Positions 17,660-30,400 of a stretch of DNA of 64,000 nt are shown here, in pieces (position 1 is the stretch's first letter; the number at the start of each line of letters is the position of its first letter). The notes beneath the pieces were generated by a model. That model was not told the origin of the DNA, searched no databases, and saw only the letters and a program-made list of their open reading frames with translations. Made by a program: the position numbers and the translations under genes. Source of the stretch: Macrostomum lignano (Eukaryota); NCBI GenBank assembly GCA_002269645.1, contig NIVC01002176.1, positions 62,001 to 126,000 on the forward strand, given 5' to 3'.

Positions 17660-18538
17660 GTGCTGCTGAACGGGAGGCCTGTCAAGCTGCTCATTGACTC
17701 CGGTTCGCGAGTCTCCATCATCACCAAGACGACGTACAACAGACTTCTGTCCAACGTGCCCCTGCAGGCGTCATCACGGAAGCTGGTCGCTTTCAACGGC
17801 AGCAAGATCTGCGTGCTTGGTGACATCCTGACCTCGGTGCAACTCAAGGACAAAGTACTTGACGTAATGCCTTACGTCAACCTTAGCGTGGTCAATACTG
17901 GATCTGACATCCTGGGGTGCGACCTCATGGATCAGCTGGGACTGTGGATCGTCACTGCAGACGGTGGGCGAGTGCAGACAGTCGGCACCAGAGCCCTGCC
18001 TGACTGGATCCCAGGCCGGTTCGACCAGTTGACTCAGGGACTCGGACACATCAAAGGATTTCAGCACAGGCCGCGAGTCAACCCCGCGGTGCAACCGACT
18101 GCTCAACCGTTGCGCAGAGTGCCGCTCAGCTTAAGAGAGTCGGTTCAAAAGAAGTTCAAGTGTCTCGAAAGAACCCGACCGCCCCAATTCCGGGTCGGCA
18201 ACCTGGTGCGAGTGCGATCTCCGCGGATGCGAGGCAAGCTGCAGAGCCACGTGTCACCACCTCTACGGGTCAGCGACATCATCAGCCAGACGATCGTCAG
18301 GTTAGAGGACGGCTCAAGGTGGCACACCAGCCTCTGTATGCCTCATACGGAGCCCGAGGGTGCCAGCACGACTTCGGCAACGGCAATGCCGCCACAGCCG
18401 CTAGTGGCTGCAGAGCCGGCAGCGCCAGAAGGCCCGACGGACCCGCCGCCGGCGACCGCTGAGGCCGACGCGGAGCTGCGGCGCAGTACGCGACTGCGGG
18501 CACCACCGTTGTGGTACGGCCAGGTCGTGACGCATTGA
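17660..18538 (+). CDS. pol: Gypsy pol remnant: aspartic protease + pre-RT segment fused to the integrase C-terminal tail (RT, RNase H and integrase core deleted)
   Basis: LLIDSGSRVSI protease motif; QPLRRVPLSLRESV (just before RT) runs directly into FRVGNLVRVR..RRSTRLRAPP (post-integrase tail). Confidence 0.85.
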   Translation: MLLNGRPVKLLIDSGSRVSIITKTTYNRLLSNVPLQASSRKLVAFNGSKICVLGDILTSVQLKDKVLDVMPYVNLSVVNTGSDILGCDLMDQLGLWIVTADGGRVQTVGTRALPDWIPGRFDQLTQGLGHIKGFQHRPRVNPAVQPTAQPLRRVPLSLRESVQKKFKCLERTRPPQFRVGNLVRVRSPRMRGKLQSHVSPPLRVSDIISQTIVRLEDGSRWHTSLCMPHTEPEGASTTSATAMPPQPLVAAEPAAPEGPTDPPPATAEADAELRRSTRLRAPPLWYGQVVTH

Positions 18539-20699
18539 TTGCCAGCTGTGAAGGGAATTAGTGACTGTTAAGTAGGAGGGTGAATGTTGTAAAGTGAGTT
18601 TACTCACTGGTTTGTTTTGCTAGTCGGTGTTTGGGGGTCAAGGGATGCGATGTACATGCGCGCTCTGTTTGTATATGTACATGCGTTCTCGAGTAAATAT
18701 AAGAATAGCTCCACCCTTCGGGTGAGGGTTTGAATTTTGTTTGTTGGACTAAACCTGACTGGCTTTCTCTCGCTCACTACAATCAGCAAAGGTGCCGGAG
18801 CCTCCTTGAAGTTGATATGAAAATCCTTGAACACACCACCGCAGTCCAGCTCCCAGTCGATGGCACTCCAGAAACTCTCGGCACCCCAGATGACTGCGGC
18901 TGCGCCCGACCGGCTGCTGTCAGTCTCCATGGCAAACTCCTCATCAAAGCGCGGCCACAAAGCCACCGGGAGAGCCAAGCCAGGGCTCTGAGCCACCAGG
19001 ACAGGTTGGCGCGGGTCTCATCGGTCACCCAAAGCTTGCAGTCAACAGCAGTTGTCAGCCAGTCGAAGGCGGACGCAGGAAGACTCTGACATGAGGGACA
19101 ATCTGACAGAACCAGCAAAGCTTGCTAATTAGCTTCTGAGCAGAACGCAGGTGCACCCGAGTCTCCGAGCAGGTTTAAGTCAGCAGCTTCGTCGCCTCGA
19201 GATTCTTCTCCTCGGGCAGCGACTTGGTGTCGGTAGCGGTGTTGATGCGCACGTCAGGGAAGTCGATGCATTGCGTAGGCCTGACAACCTTATCCCAGTT
19301 GATGGTCAAGCAGAGGTGCTGCAAGATGTCCAGCAGGCAATTGAAAGCAGCAAAAGCCTCGGACTCAGATTTCTCAGCAGCTGCCCAGTAATCCAGGTAG
19401 TTCACCGTAGCAGAAAAGCCAAGCCGGCGCATGTGCCGGGTAACGGCGGCTGAAAGACGGTGGAAAACTTCGCAAGCAGCTTTGGCGCCAAAGGAAAGCC
19501 TGGTGTCGCAGATCAGACTGTCCTGTCTGTCTGAGTCAAACCGCCAGGCGAGGCCGACGAGCCGGTAGTCAACAGGCCTGATTGGCACGGACTTGTAGGC
19601 GCTTTTGAGATCACTTTTGGCCATGTAGCGTCCCGGACGGAGATGACGGACCAGCTGCAGGACAGTGCAGTACTTGATGTGCTTCCTTTGGTCGTAAAAG
19701 TCCTTGACAGCCTGGCCGGTCGGATAGGACAGATCATGGATCAGGCGGACCCGCTCGTCGGACTTGAGAAGGGCGCCGATGGGGCTGACTTAAGTTGATC
19801 TGGCCTTTTGGTTCAGCTGAGGGGGCTCCTCACCCCACGCCATGCCCGTCTCCGCCACCAGCCTCCAGTAGTCCTCGTCAAACTCTCAGATTACGGACTC
19901 CGGGTAGTCAGCGGCCAGCAGCTCTCCAATCTTGTGATTGTACTCAAGGGCAGCTTCGGCTCCTGCTTTTTGAATGTGTGAGAGCAATTCTCTAATGTAG
20001 CGACCAACTGCTCCTGACTAGCTGAGCCAGGTCTTCTGGATAGCTCGATGTAGTCTCGGACCAGATGCAGCTTGCGACTCGGAGCCTGAAAATTAGCGGC
20101 ATGAAGCTGAGCCGCCTCCCTTATCTCAGGTTCAAAAACCTCGGACAACTGCAGGCCGGCATGTGAGTTTTTTCTCACCTGATGATGATGCTGAGCCGTC
20201 AAGCGCTGCTGAGTGTGAAGCTGTTGCTGAAGATCCTGACGACGGCCTTCCAGGACTTGCAGTTCGAGCAGCGCCACATCCTACTGCAGCGCCGCCAGCC
20301 GGTCGCTCCCGCCCCCGGAGGCGCCGATGCTGTCCTCGGCGTCAGGAGTAGAAGAAGTCATCTTGGAGTCGTTGAAGTCTTCGTCAGCTTGCTCTAAGCC
20401 GAGTGCAGTGGACAACCGTTTTGCGAGCTGTTTTTTGCAGCTTGCAGTCTTGCAGCTCAGGCTTGAATTGGCTTGACTTGGCACACGTTGAGTCGCTTTG
20501 GGCTGGCGGCAGAGACAAGCCGGGCCGGGGTGCAGAGGCTTTGAGCCGGCTGGCAAGGCCAACATCCTCATACCTCAACCCCCGCCGTAGTACAGAGGCA
20601 TGTACAGCGGGACTCTCCGGCGAGTCTAACACACCCTACTCAGAGAGTAACGATAGCAAGAAAACATGGAGAAAATATTGCAGTTTTTCAATTTGCACT

Positions 20700-21700
20700 C
20701 GCCAAATACTGGTATGTCTTGACTTACGTGACCTAGCTTCATGGGGCGTCCGGCGGATGCAGCGAGGAGGCGGAGGAGACCGCCCATTCAGCTAGTCCCT
20801 GGCGACCAATGACTTCCGTTGAAGTGATGTCGCTCATGGGGACTTGTCGGTCTCACCCACAGCGCGGTCCTCCTCACCGACGGTGGGGAAGAACTCAGCT
20901 CGTCCCGTGTCCCTGAGGTACCGGGCGAGCAGCGGGATGCTCTCGGGTTTGCAAACGTCGGAGAGAACCAGGTTTGGTCGGAGGTGAGTGAGCCTGGCCC
21001 TGGTGAAAACCGGGCAGTGGCAGATAAAATGCTCGGCGTTTTCACTGCCTGAGCGGCAGAAGGGGCACCGCTCCTCGGGTACTTGGCCCTGGAAGAAGCG
21101 GTGGCGAGAGAAGCAGCCATGCCCGGAGAGGGCCATGCTAACTGCTCTGAGGTCTCTGCGGTTGAGCCTGAGGAGGGCTCTACGCAGGAGAGGAGAGGGG
21201 CAGTGGACGGCCGCACGGGATTGCCTACAATTCCGGGGGTCGTGCCACCTGCGGAGATGCTCGGAGTCAGTCCAGCGCTTAACGCGGGAGTTGATCACCG
21301 AGGCGGGGATGGGGGCCCCGGGCCTGGCCCCAGCAGCACGCCGGCGGAGCCAGCTTTGGCCAGCAGGTCGGCGCGCTCATTGTTGAGGAAACCGGCGTGG
21401 CCCGGGATCCATCTGAGCTCCACCTGGTTGCCTGGCGCAAGCCCGTTGATCTGGGGTTGCAGTCCAGTACGGACCTGGAGCTGGTGGTGCTGCGGCAGAG
21501 GGCCCGAAGGGCTGCTTGGCTGTCGGAGTGAAAAATCCAACCGCTAAGCTGCCTTCGGCGCAGCTCTGCCGCGCAGGAGCTGATGGCAAGCACATCGCTC
21601 GAAAAACACTGGAGTTGAGCACAGTGTGCTGGGAGTAGCTCCACACAACTTCTTCCTTAAAGAAGAGGCAAGCTCCGAAGCCTGAAAGACCATGCCTCAT
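20700..21700 (-). mobile_element. RNase H-bearing non-LTR retrotransposon (I/R1/LOA-like), 3' fragment
   Basis: RNase H motifs HSDSQAALRAL and WIPGHAGFLNNERADLLAK; C-terminal LSGHG..CPFC..ENAEHFICHC zinc finger (ORF 20834-21298). Confidence 0.85.
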
Positions 21701-22306
21701 AGAGCCGTCAGTGTAACAGTCGGCTTCGGAATCGCTCCAGCTGTCACTCGCCTCGTGTCAAGGCTGAATAGTGACCTTATACCTTTGGCTCTGGAGGAGG
21801 GTAGTGAGGATGTTGAGCCCGCTACACTCCTCGAGAACCTTGAGGCAAAGGTCAGAGTGCAGGATAAGCGACCGCCAAATAAGTCACTGTTTGTGTCCTC
21901 TCACAAATGTTATAACGTACTCCGTAGAAGTTATTTATGTAAACTTGCTCGTATTTAAACGCATTCTAGTTTGGCATCAAACAGGGTTGATTCTGGACAG
22001 ACCTTTATTTCTTTAGTAATCGAATCTATATTTGAAAATACAGCAGATTTAGCATTGGATTGAACAATTTCACCAGGCACACTTTGCATATTAACTGAAT
22101 TTGAGTTGCGCGAAACTGAAGCAGCTCCAATCGCTGGAGTCTGGATTAATAAAATTCAAAGAATGTCTTGAATAAATATTTGAATTAAAAGTTTCAACAA
22201 AGTGAACTACTAATATCTTCTCAATTTAGAGCGTTTCCGAACTCAAGTGACGAAAAGTTCAGTTTAGTAACCCACACTAGGCGTAGAGCCTTTGAAGTAA
22301 GAATCA

Positions 22307-23516
22307 CTATTCTATGTCAAATGGTGACAGGCATTCACAAAACGCGCCATCTACATGTATATGGCGATGTTTGCTTCTCAGAAACATCATACAGTCGTTC
22401 AGCAATGGAAATGCGTTCACACTGCACGCAAAATTTTCTTCTATGTCTTTAGCGTCATAATTATCAGGCTGTCCTTTCTGCCACAGACTGGGATCAATGG
22501 GGATCCGGCAGGTGTGCCAAAACCAGCCGCCTGCCGGTTCCTTGCTTCCGGGATCTTGACTGCCTCCAAGGAAGTACCTCCAAGAATCCCGTGGCCGTCT
22601 GAACCATCTGGCATGCAGCTCCCTCAAGTAAAAGTACTTGGCCCTGTCGATCGGCTCGGCCATGATGGTGAGTCCCCGCTCCGCGTTGCAGCTGGCCAAG
22701 GCCGAGTCCCAGCGACGCGAGCGCGGCCGAACGAACTTGTACTTCACGCCACACCTGGCGACGGGTTGCGTAGAGAAGCGTTATCGCCTTTGACTCTCGT
22801 AACAAGGACACTGCGTTCGATTCTTGATTCGTTAAAATCAGCCTGGGGCTATTCATGGAATTCGAGTTAATGAGGACCAACCCGAAAGCACAGAGTGACA
22901 AAGCACCGAGGGCGGCCAATGGGTCAGCAAAGCGGCAACACTTCCTACTCGCTTGCTGGCACACAGGAAACCCAAAAGACAGCCCAGGGCGCTAAGCGAA
23001 ACAAAAACGCACGCACCTGTCGTGATGAAAGTCGGCCGGACACAAGGCGCCCGGTCGCAAGCCCGGCTGTCGCCTCACGTACAGCTTGGCAGCGCGATTG
23101 CAGCTGCACTTGCGCACGTTCTTGCTGCACTTGTCAAACAAAAACAGTCTGCAGTGTCCACCCATCGTTGTGAAGGCTTGGCAGGTCTTGAATAAACTGC
23201 AGACTGCTGCGCATCTCTTGCGCGATTTTATGAAAACGAATCTTGAAACGTACTTGGACTCGATGCAGTCCCAGCCGAAAACTGGATGGTAGTTTTTCAG
23301 ATAAGCTGGCTTGTCTGAATCTGGCTGGTCTGAAATCGGTTCAAAGCGGTATCAGAGGCTTGCACAAAGCTATCTGTGCGGTACCTGGTTCAAAGAAGAT
23401 AATACTCTTGGAAATGCGGGACCTTCTTATTAGCTCTCACCTGCCCAGTCAGCGGCTGCAATCAGGCTCAGGGCGAGAACAACCAGTCCGATGGCGAGCT
23501 TGTTATAATTGCTCAT
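22307..23516 (-). CDS. Secreted PAN/apple + C-type lectin protein, copy 2, intact (exons 23516-23441, 23329-23017, 22754-22307; 278 aa)
   Basis: 76+313+448 = 837 nt open frame. Signal peptide, PAN domain, and CTLD with QPDN and LNDC motifs; canonical GT-AG introns. Confidence 0.9.
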
Positions 23517-24714
23517 GTTGGGCAGCAATTTTCCGGATTGAATTGAGACGGCTTTTACGCTATAAATAATTGTATTTTCCAGATAAAATACTTCTTGAGC
23601 AGTGCGGTAGCCACTGCTTATTGCACAAACACTGCTGTGAATTCACCTGAATATATATTCTATAATTCAGAAATAATTCACGGATATGCAAGAGAGACGA
23701 AAGCAAAATATCTGCCTTTCTCACATGCAGAAAACGTTAGTCTCCCGGTTTTGTTCAGGCCGGATATCTTGGAGTTCCGAACTCGTAAATTCGCGGCATC
23801 CTGTGTGGAATATCCCGGCTTCTTAGCATATTTAATAACACAATGAGAGCGCCAAAGTGAGTGCACTAATTCTGTTTGAGCTTGGAATAGGTGTACAGTT
23901 TATTTTTGGGCTGGAGTGGAGAGAGATGGAGTGGAGAGAGAAGAAAAAAGAGATGGTCGCGCGCTTCACCTTGACATGATGCTGTGATTCCCAAGAAGCG
24001 ACGAGATGAAATTCTTTCAAATGCGTTAGCTATTTGTTTAAGATTACAAGACTTGAGTGGGGTAAAGTGCGTAGGTAGCACAAGGACCACTAGAAGTTAC
24101 TTGGATGTAACATAAAAATTTTGCGAATTGCAAAGCTTTATTCAAAATCATTGAGGCAACTTCTAAATCCTGACACACCGGTACAAAAAGAATTCTATCA
24201 CTTCAAAATTCCAATTTTTCTGTCCAAACGAACAGTAGGAGTCAAAAACCGCAGCTGTATTTGTTGCATTTAACCTCGCTTTCGGAATCTCTATACTTGG
24301 AATATCATCATGAAAAGCTTGGGACATAAGAGAACAAAGCTGCAAACAAAGTCATCAAAAAATTCATTTAATCTCACAAAGCCCTATTGAATCCACGGTA
24401 CCCAGTCGTGGTGTAGCCCAGCTGGCATTGACAGACTGGGAACCTTCGGGTTGGAGATGCGGCACATCTGAAATGAACTAAAATATTCGTGCAGGTTTCT
24501 TTAAAGCAGCCAAATAGAATGTTTCTTAAAGGCAGGTATTGCTAAAATGCATTTAAACAAGCCAGACCTCATATAATTTTGCAATAGTTTTGTAGGCTAC
24601 GACTGTTACGTTCTGATAGGAGTACTGCAGCGGTAACTTATAGTGGTACCTTGAAGCTATATGCACTGCATTGTTAGCAGATTAGACTTATTGTGTAAGA
24701 CCGATAGCAGAAAA

Positions 24715-24900
24715 TCCCCTCTCCTCTCTCCTCTCTCCTCTCCCCTCTCTCCTTTCTTCTCTCTTCTCTCACCTCTCCCCTCTATCCTCTCTTCTACCTC
24801 ATCTCACCTTCTCTCACTTTTTCTCATTTCTCCTCTCACCTCTCACCTCTGTCCTTTATTCCCTCTCCTCTACTTTGTCTATCTTTCTTCTCTCTTCTTT
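24715..24900. repeat. CT-rich low-complexity tract
   Basis: Pyrimidine-rich run built from CTCCT/CTCT motifs. Confidence 0.8.
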
Positions 24901-25539
24901 ATTCCTGCATCCAGATGACTCATTCACTAATCCAAGCTATTCTACATGTATAATCCATTTCCCAGCGTTTAATTTTAACTACAAAAGACCAAAAAATTTC
25001 GACCATAAATTTTCTGTACATTCTACTAATTGGAAGTAGCATATGATACGAAAAAACGTTTTAATCAAAATCAGCAAAATACGGTCTTTATAAAATACGT
25101 TATATAAGGTACTCATGTTATATAAGTAACACCGTCATAATGACCAATTATAATTTCAAAAAAACTGTTTCAAAAAACCAAATTGGATGATTTATTTTGA
25201 CGCTAATCAATTTAGTTTTTTTTAATTTGCAGACAGAACGGCAAAGTTGGCTGCAATTTCTGGAGCTCACAGTGGAGAAGAGAACAGTTGATATTTATTG
25301 TCTCAAAAATGCAATTGGGGGACTGGGATACCGCTGTCATTTCAATGTGAATTGCTCGGTAAGAATAAGGCAGAGGAGAACCAATTATTACGCCGTAAGA
25401 TCTCCTAAGGCATGAGGCTCTGCGCCTTCCTCCAGCTCGCCCACTCTCTCTATCTTCCCTACTCATTCCTAGCTCTTATTCCTCTCTCTCCTATGCTAAT
25501 GTACTACCATGCCCTATAGTGACCGAATTTTACTGCTTG

Positions 25540-26035
<496 letters not shown>

Positions 26036-26067
26036 TATCTTTGTCCTTCACTGTTTGTTTCAGTTTC

Positions 26068-26290
26068 TGTATCAGTGCCTGGATCAGTGCCTGTATCAGT
26101 GCCTGCATCAGTGCCTGTATGAGTGCCTGTATCAGTGCCTGTATCAGTGCCTGTATCAGTGCCTGTATCAGTGCCTGTATCAGTGCCTGTATCAGTGCCT
26201 GTATCAGTGCCTGCATCAGTGCCTGTATCAGTGCCTGTATCAGTGCCTGTATCAGTGCCTGTATCAGTGCCTGTATCAGTGCCTGTATTC
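26068..26290. repeat. 12-bp minisatellite (GTATCAGTGCCT), ~18 copies
   Basis: Direct tandem repetition. Confidence 0.95.
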
Positions 26291-27007
26291 GTACTTGTCC
26301 TTATCCTGTCCTTTCATGCCTGCACGCATGCCAGTCAATACGTGGCATTCGGGTTCAGCCGAGCCATGCCAAACTATATCAGTCAGCCGGTCCCAAGCCA
26401 AGCCACCAGCTCCGGCCATTATTCAGTGAGCAAGTCGGTAGTGAACTCAAGCCACGCTCAACATTTAAGAAATTTAGCAATTAAAATTTCTTGAAGCTCT
26501 CTGCCATGTGAGCTCCCTACCCCATTGCTGGCTTGAGCTGAGCTTCAGGAAGCAATATGCTGCCAGTGTTGGAGCAGGAACCCAGCCAGAGCTGGGCCAG
26601 TCTGCAATCAATTGGAATCCAATAAATGGAATCAGCCTTCGAAGGCAATAAAAAGTGTCGTCTTCAATTTCCTAAATATATATACACGTAGGAGGGTATC
26701 TGTCCTTTCTTGAATTGCTAGGATCTGCGATCCGAAACACGGTAAAAGGCAGGAAGTCAAAAAAGCATTGTAGAATCCCTAAATTTTCCCGAACGTTTCC
26801 GCTACGAGGCGCGGTGGTTGGCTGGGGAAGCAAAATTTCCCCAATAAATATGGGATCCGACTCGAAGTGGAGTAGTGATTTCAGCTCTGCAGCCACCAAC
26901 TGACAATTTCTTGAGGGCTCGGAGCTGCTCAAGTGCGGTGAGTTTGACATTGCTGGATTCTAGCGAGATTTTTATTGTCTCATTGTCTCATCTATTGTCT
27001 ATTGACA

Positions 27008-27335
27008 TCTTGCTTGATGTCTCACTGATTCTCCTCTGACCCTCACTCGATTTTCCTTTGGTTCTTGCTTGATGTCTCACTGATTCTCCTCTGACCCTCA
27101 CTCGATTCTCATTTGGTTCTTGCTTGATGTCTCACTGATTATTCTCTGACTCTCCTCGATTCTCATTTGGTTCTTGCTTGATGTCTCACTGATTCTCCTC
27201 TGACTCTCCTCGATTCTCATTTGGTTCTTGCTTGATGTCTCACTGATTCTCCTCTGACTCTCACTCGATTCTCCTTTGGTTCTTGCTTGATGTCTCACTG
27301 ATTCTCCTCTGACTCTCACTTAATTCTCATTTGGT
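27008..27335. repeat. 54-bp minisatellite, ~6 copies, just upstream of the MFS gene
   Basis: TGCTTGATGTCTCACTGATT... recurs every 54 nt (e.g. 27121, 27175). Confidence 0.9.
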
Positions 27336-27425
27336 CTCACTGATTCTCACTGAACATTCTCACTGACTTGATGTCTGACTAAAGTTGTCAAGGCTCAGCA
27401 CAGAACCCCCGTCGCCAAACTCCAG

Positions 27426-30400
27426 ATGGAAGTCAAAAATGCAGCAGCGGCCCCCAAATCCAACGGAGACCCTCCGCAGTTGCAGTCGCCTCGGCGACAC
27501 CTGTCGCTGCTGCGGTCCAACCTGCTGCGGACGGTGAACTACTGCCTGCTGTTCTCCCTGGTCGGCATGTCGGACGCCAGCTTGGGGCCGCCCTGCCTGG
27601 ACTGGCCTGTCTGGCGAGAACAAGCGAGCAGAGAATCGCCTTCCTGTTCCTCTTCCACGAGCTGTCAGTGCTCATGGTCACCCTGGCGGTGGGCTGCCTG
27701 AATAGAAGGCAAGTTCAACACAAATAATGAGACAAATCATCACTGATGGCAGACACAAATCATCACTGATGACAGACACAAACCATCACTGATGACAGAC
27801 ACAAATCATCACTGATGACAGACACAAACCATCACTGATGACAGACACAAATCATCACTGATGACAGACAGACACAAACCATCACTGATGACAGACAGAC
27901 ACAAATCATCACTGATGACAGACACAAACCATCACTGATGACAGACAGACACAAATCATCACTGATGACAGACACAAACCATCACTGATGACAGACAGAC
28001 ACAAACCATCACTGATGACAGACAGACACAAATCATCACTGATGACAGACACAAATCATCACTGATGACAGACACAAATCATCACTGATGACAGACAGAC
28101 ACAAATCCTCACTGATGACAGACAGACACAAATCATCACTGAAGACAGACAGGCACAAATCATCACTGATGGCAGACAGACACAAATCCTCACTGATGAC
28201 AGACAGACACAAACCATTACTGATGACAGACACAAATCATCAGTGATGACAGACACAAATCATCACTGATGACAGACAGACACAAATCATCACTGAATAC
28301 AGACAGACACAAATCATCACTGATGACAGACATAAATCATCACTGATGACAGACACAAATCATCACTGATGACAGACACAAATCATCACTGATGACAGAC
28401 AGACACAAACCATCACTGATGACAGACAGACACAAACCATCACTGACGACAGACAGACACAAACCATCACTGATGACAGACAGACACAAACCATCACTGA
28501 CGACAGACAGACACAAACCATCACTGATGACAGACAGACACAAACCATCACTGACGACAGACAGACACAAATCATCACTGATGACAGACACAAATCATCA
28601 CTGATTGCAGACAGACACAAACCAACACTGATGACAGACAGACACAAATCATCACTGATGACAGACACAAATCATCACTGATTGCAGACAGACACAAACC
28701 AACACTGATGACAGACAGACACAAATCATCACTGATGACAGACACAAATCATCACTGATGACAGACACAAATCATCACTGAGCAACTCTCCCAAAATCTC
28801 AGCGCTGACTCAAGAGGCAAAATATTCTATCCATTCACATAAATATTCGAAAACTGGCTCCAAAATATTTAATCTGCCATTTTTCAATCAAAGCAAGCTA
28901 TTTCATATTCGCACTAATCTCTTAATCCGCCTTTGTGTAATTTTTCAAAGAAATGAAAATTGTCAATAGTCAAAGAAAGCCTGAAATAAAATCATTTCAA
29001 TCCCCAGCCTAATAAATTTCAAACTAAAACCCACCCTCAAAATTCGATAAAATTGCAGGAATTTCTTCACCGTGGAAACGCGTCGAGGCAGGTCAGTTTT
29101 CTGGGGAGATTTTCTAAGGGGATTTCAGATTTGTTTCGAGGATTTCAGAGCAGCTCAAAGGTAGACAGGTCTGACTCTCGTGCCGCGATTCCTGATTCTC
29201 CCGAAGGCACAGTGAGTGTTCATCGCTGACGATTAGAAAGTCCGAGAGGCCGATATGTACACCAAAGGAAGTTATTCATCCGGTACTGGATAAAGTGAAG
29301 TTATTCGTCCGGCACAGTACGGATGTGGATATGTAATAAAAACTTGTAAAACACAGGGAATACTCAAAAAAGTAGTGTATAGTTCACTTTTAGGCTAGAA
29401 GCAGAAGATTTTTGTTGTGATTAGATAGTGCTGTTTCTCAGAAATTCTAGAACTTTGAGCAAAAACTACTTGGGCATAGTCTACATGTCATTGCCCGATC
29501 CAGCAGTTTTGTATAATTTTTACCTTTATTATATTTCGTTCTATACATATCGGTATGTTTTGGTTTCACAGTAAACAGTAGTCTTAGTACAGTCAAAATT
29601 AATAACGATATTTGCTGCTCTATAACACAAACGCCAAAGTAAGGACTTAGGGTTATTACAATAACACTTGGAGTTGTAACAATAAAAAAGTGGAGTCTTC
29701 ACTACAGACTCGAACTCAGTACTGACACTCTAACATCACGCTAGTATACCTAGCTAGAAAAGATGCGCAGAGTGCCAACTCACGCAGCTCAGCCGGTACC
29801 GGACGAATAGTCACTGCCAACTAAGAATCATAAAGCAGAATGGAGTTTTTCATTTTCTCAGCACAAAACTTTGTTATTGCTTTTGATAGGACGCAGGCCC
29901 AGTGTTCATCTTTTGATGTGCTGTGCCTTTCTTATAGCTCTTATTGATATTCATAAAGCTTATAGTTTAGAAAATTGGGGTACTAGAATACAGATGTGTC
30001 AATTATAAAAATAGCACAGATAGACTCTGTCAGCTAGCTGTCAGCTATGAAAACAAAAAGGTCCTTTGAGTATATACTCAACAACATTGAGAAGTTGCCA
30101 CATGCTCCAGTGAGCAATCTCTCTTGGACTATTCTGAAATAAAAAATACGAGGAAACTGATTGGGGTAGCTTTAATCCGTCCAACTCTCGCACAAAGCCC
30201 ACCCCACTTCATTCCCCAACTAGCTTAGTTGCGTCACTCGCAAAGATTGAGAGACTCTGCCTGCACTCTCAAAAGTGGCGACCACAGACGGAATCCTCTG
30301 TGATGGCGGCTTTTCAATGTTGCTGAGTATTGTATAAATAGAGCTATAAGAAACACAGGGCATGATATCAACAAAAGATGAACACTGGACCCACCTCCTA

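Larger units (their letters stand above)
16412..18781 (+). mobile_element. Non-autonomous Ty3/Gypsy LTR retrotransposon, 2370 bp; LTRs 16412-16608 and 18585-18781; TSD ATCAG
   Basis: Two 197-bp TG...CA LTRs with 2 visible substitutions. ATCAG at 16407-16411 and 18782-18786. PBS-like TGGCG after the 5' LTR and polypurine tract AAGTAGGAGGG before the 3' LTR. Confidence 0.96.
15905..20640 (-). mobile_element. Ngaro/DIRS-type tyrosine-recombinase retrotransposon (decayed), interrupted by the Gypsy element
   Basis: ORF1-like 19891-20277 (KLHLVRDYI). RT ~19175-19790 (SAPIGALLK..VRLIHDLSYP..MAKSDLKSAY..DTRLSFG..YLDY..INWDKV). RNase H on both sides of the Gypsy insertion (TDSSRSG..HINFKE / ..FADAASR). 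Start of the YR region (LAENSWRSYLSQ..LLCRYIGHL). Outer boundaries are approximate. Confidence 0.8.

Noticed and set aside
27730-28780. Repeated CTGATGA as tandem ribozymes or C/D snoRNAs
   Set aside because: No GAAA core or pairing stems; it is simply part of the repeat unit.
29075-29084. GAAACGCGTC, identical to the hammerhead 3' half
   Set aside because: No CTGANGA or stem II upstream.
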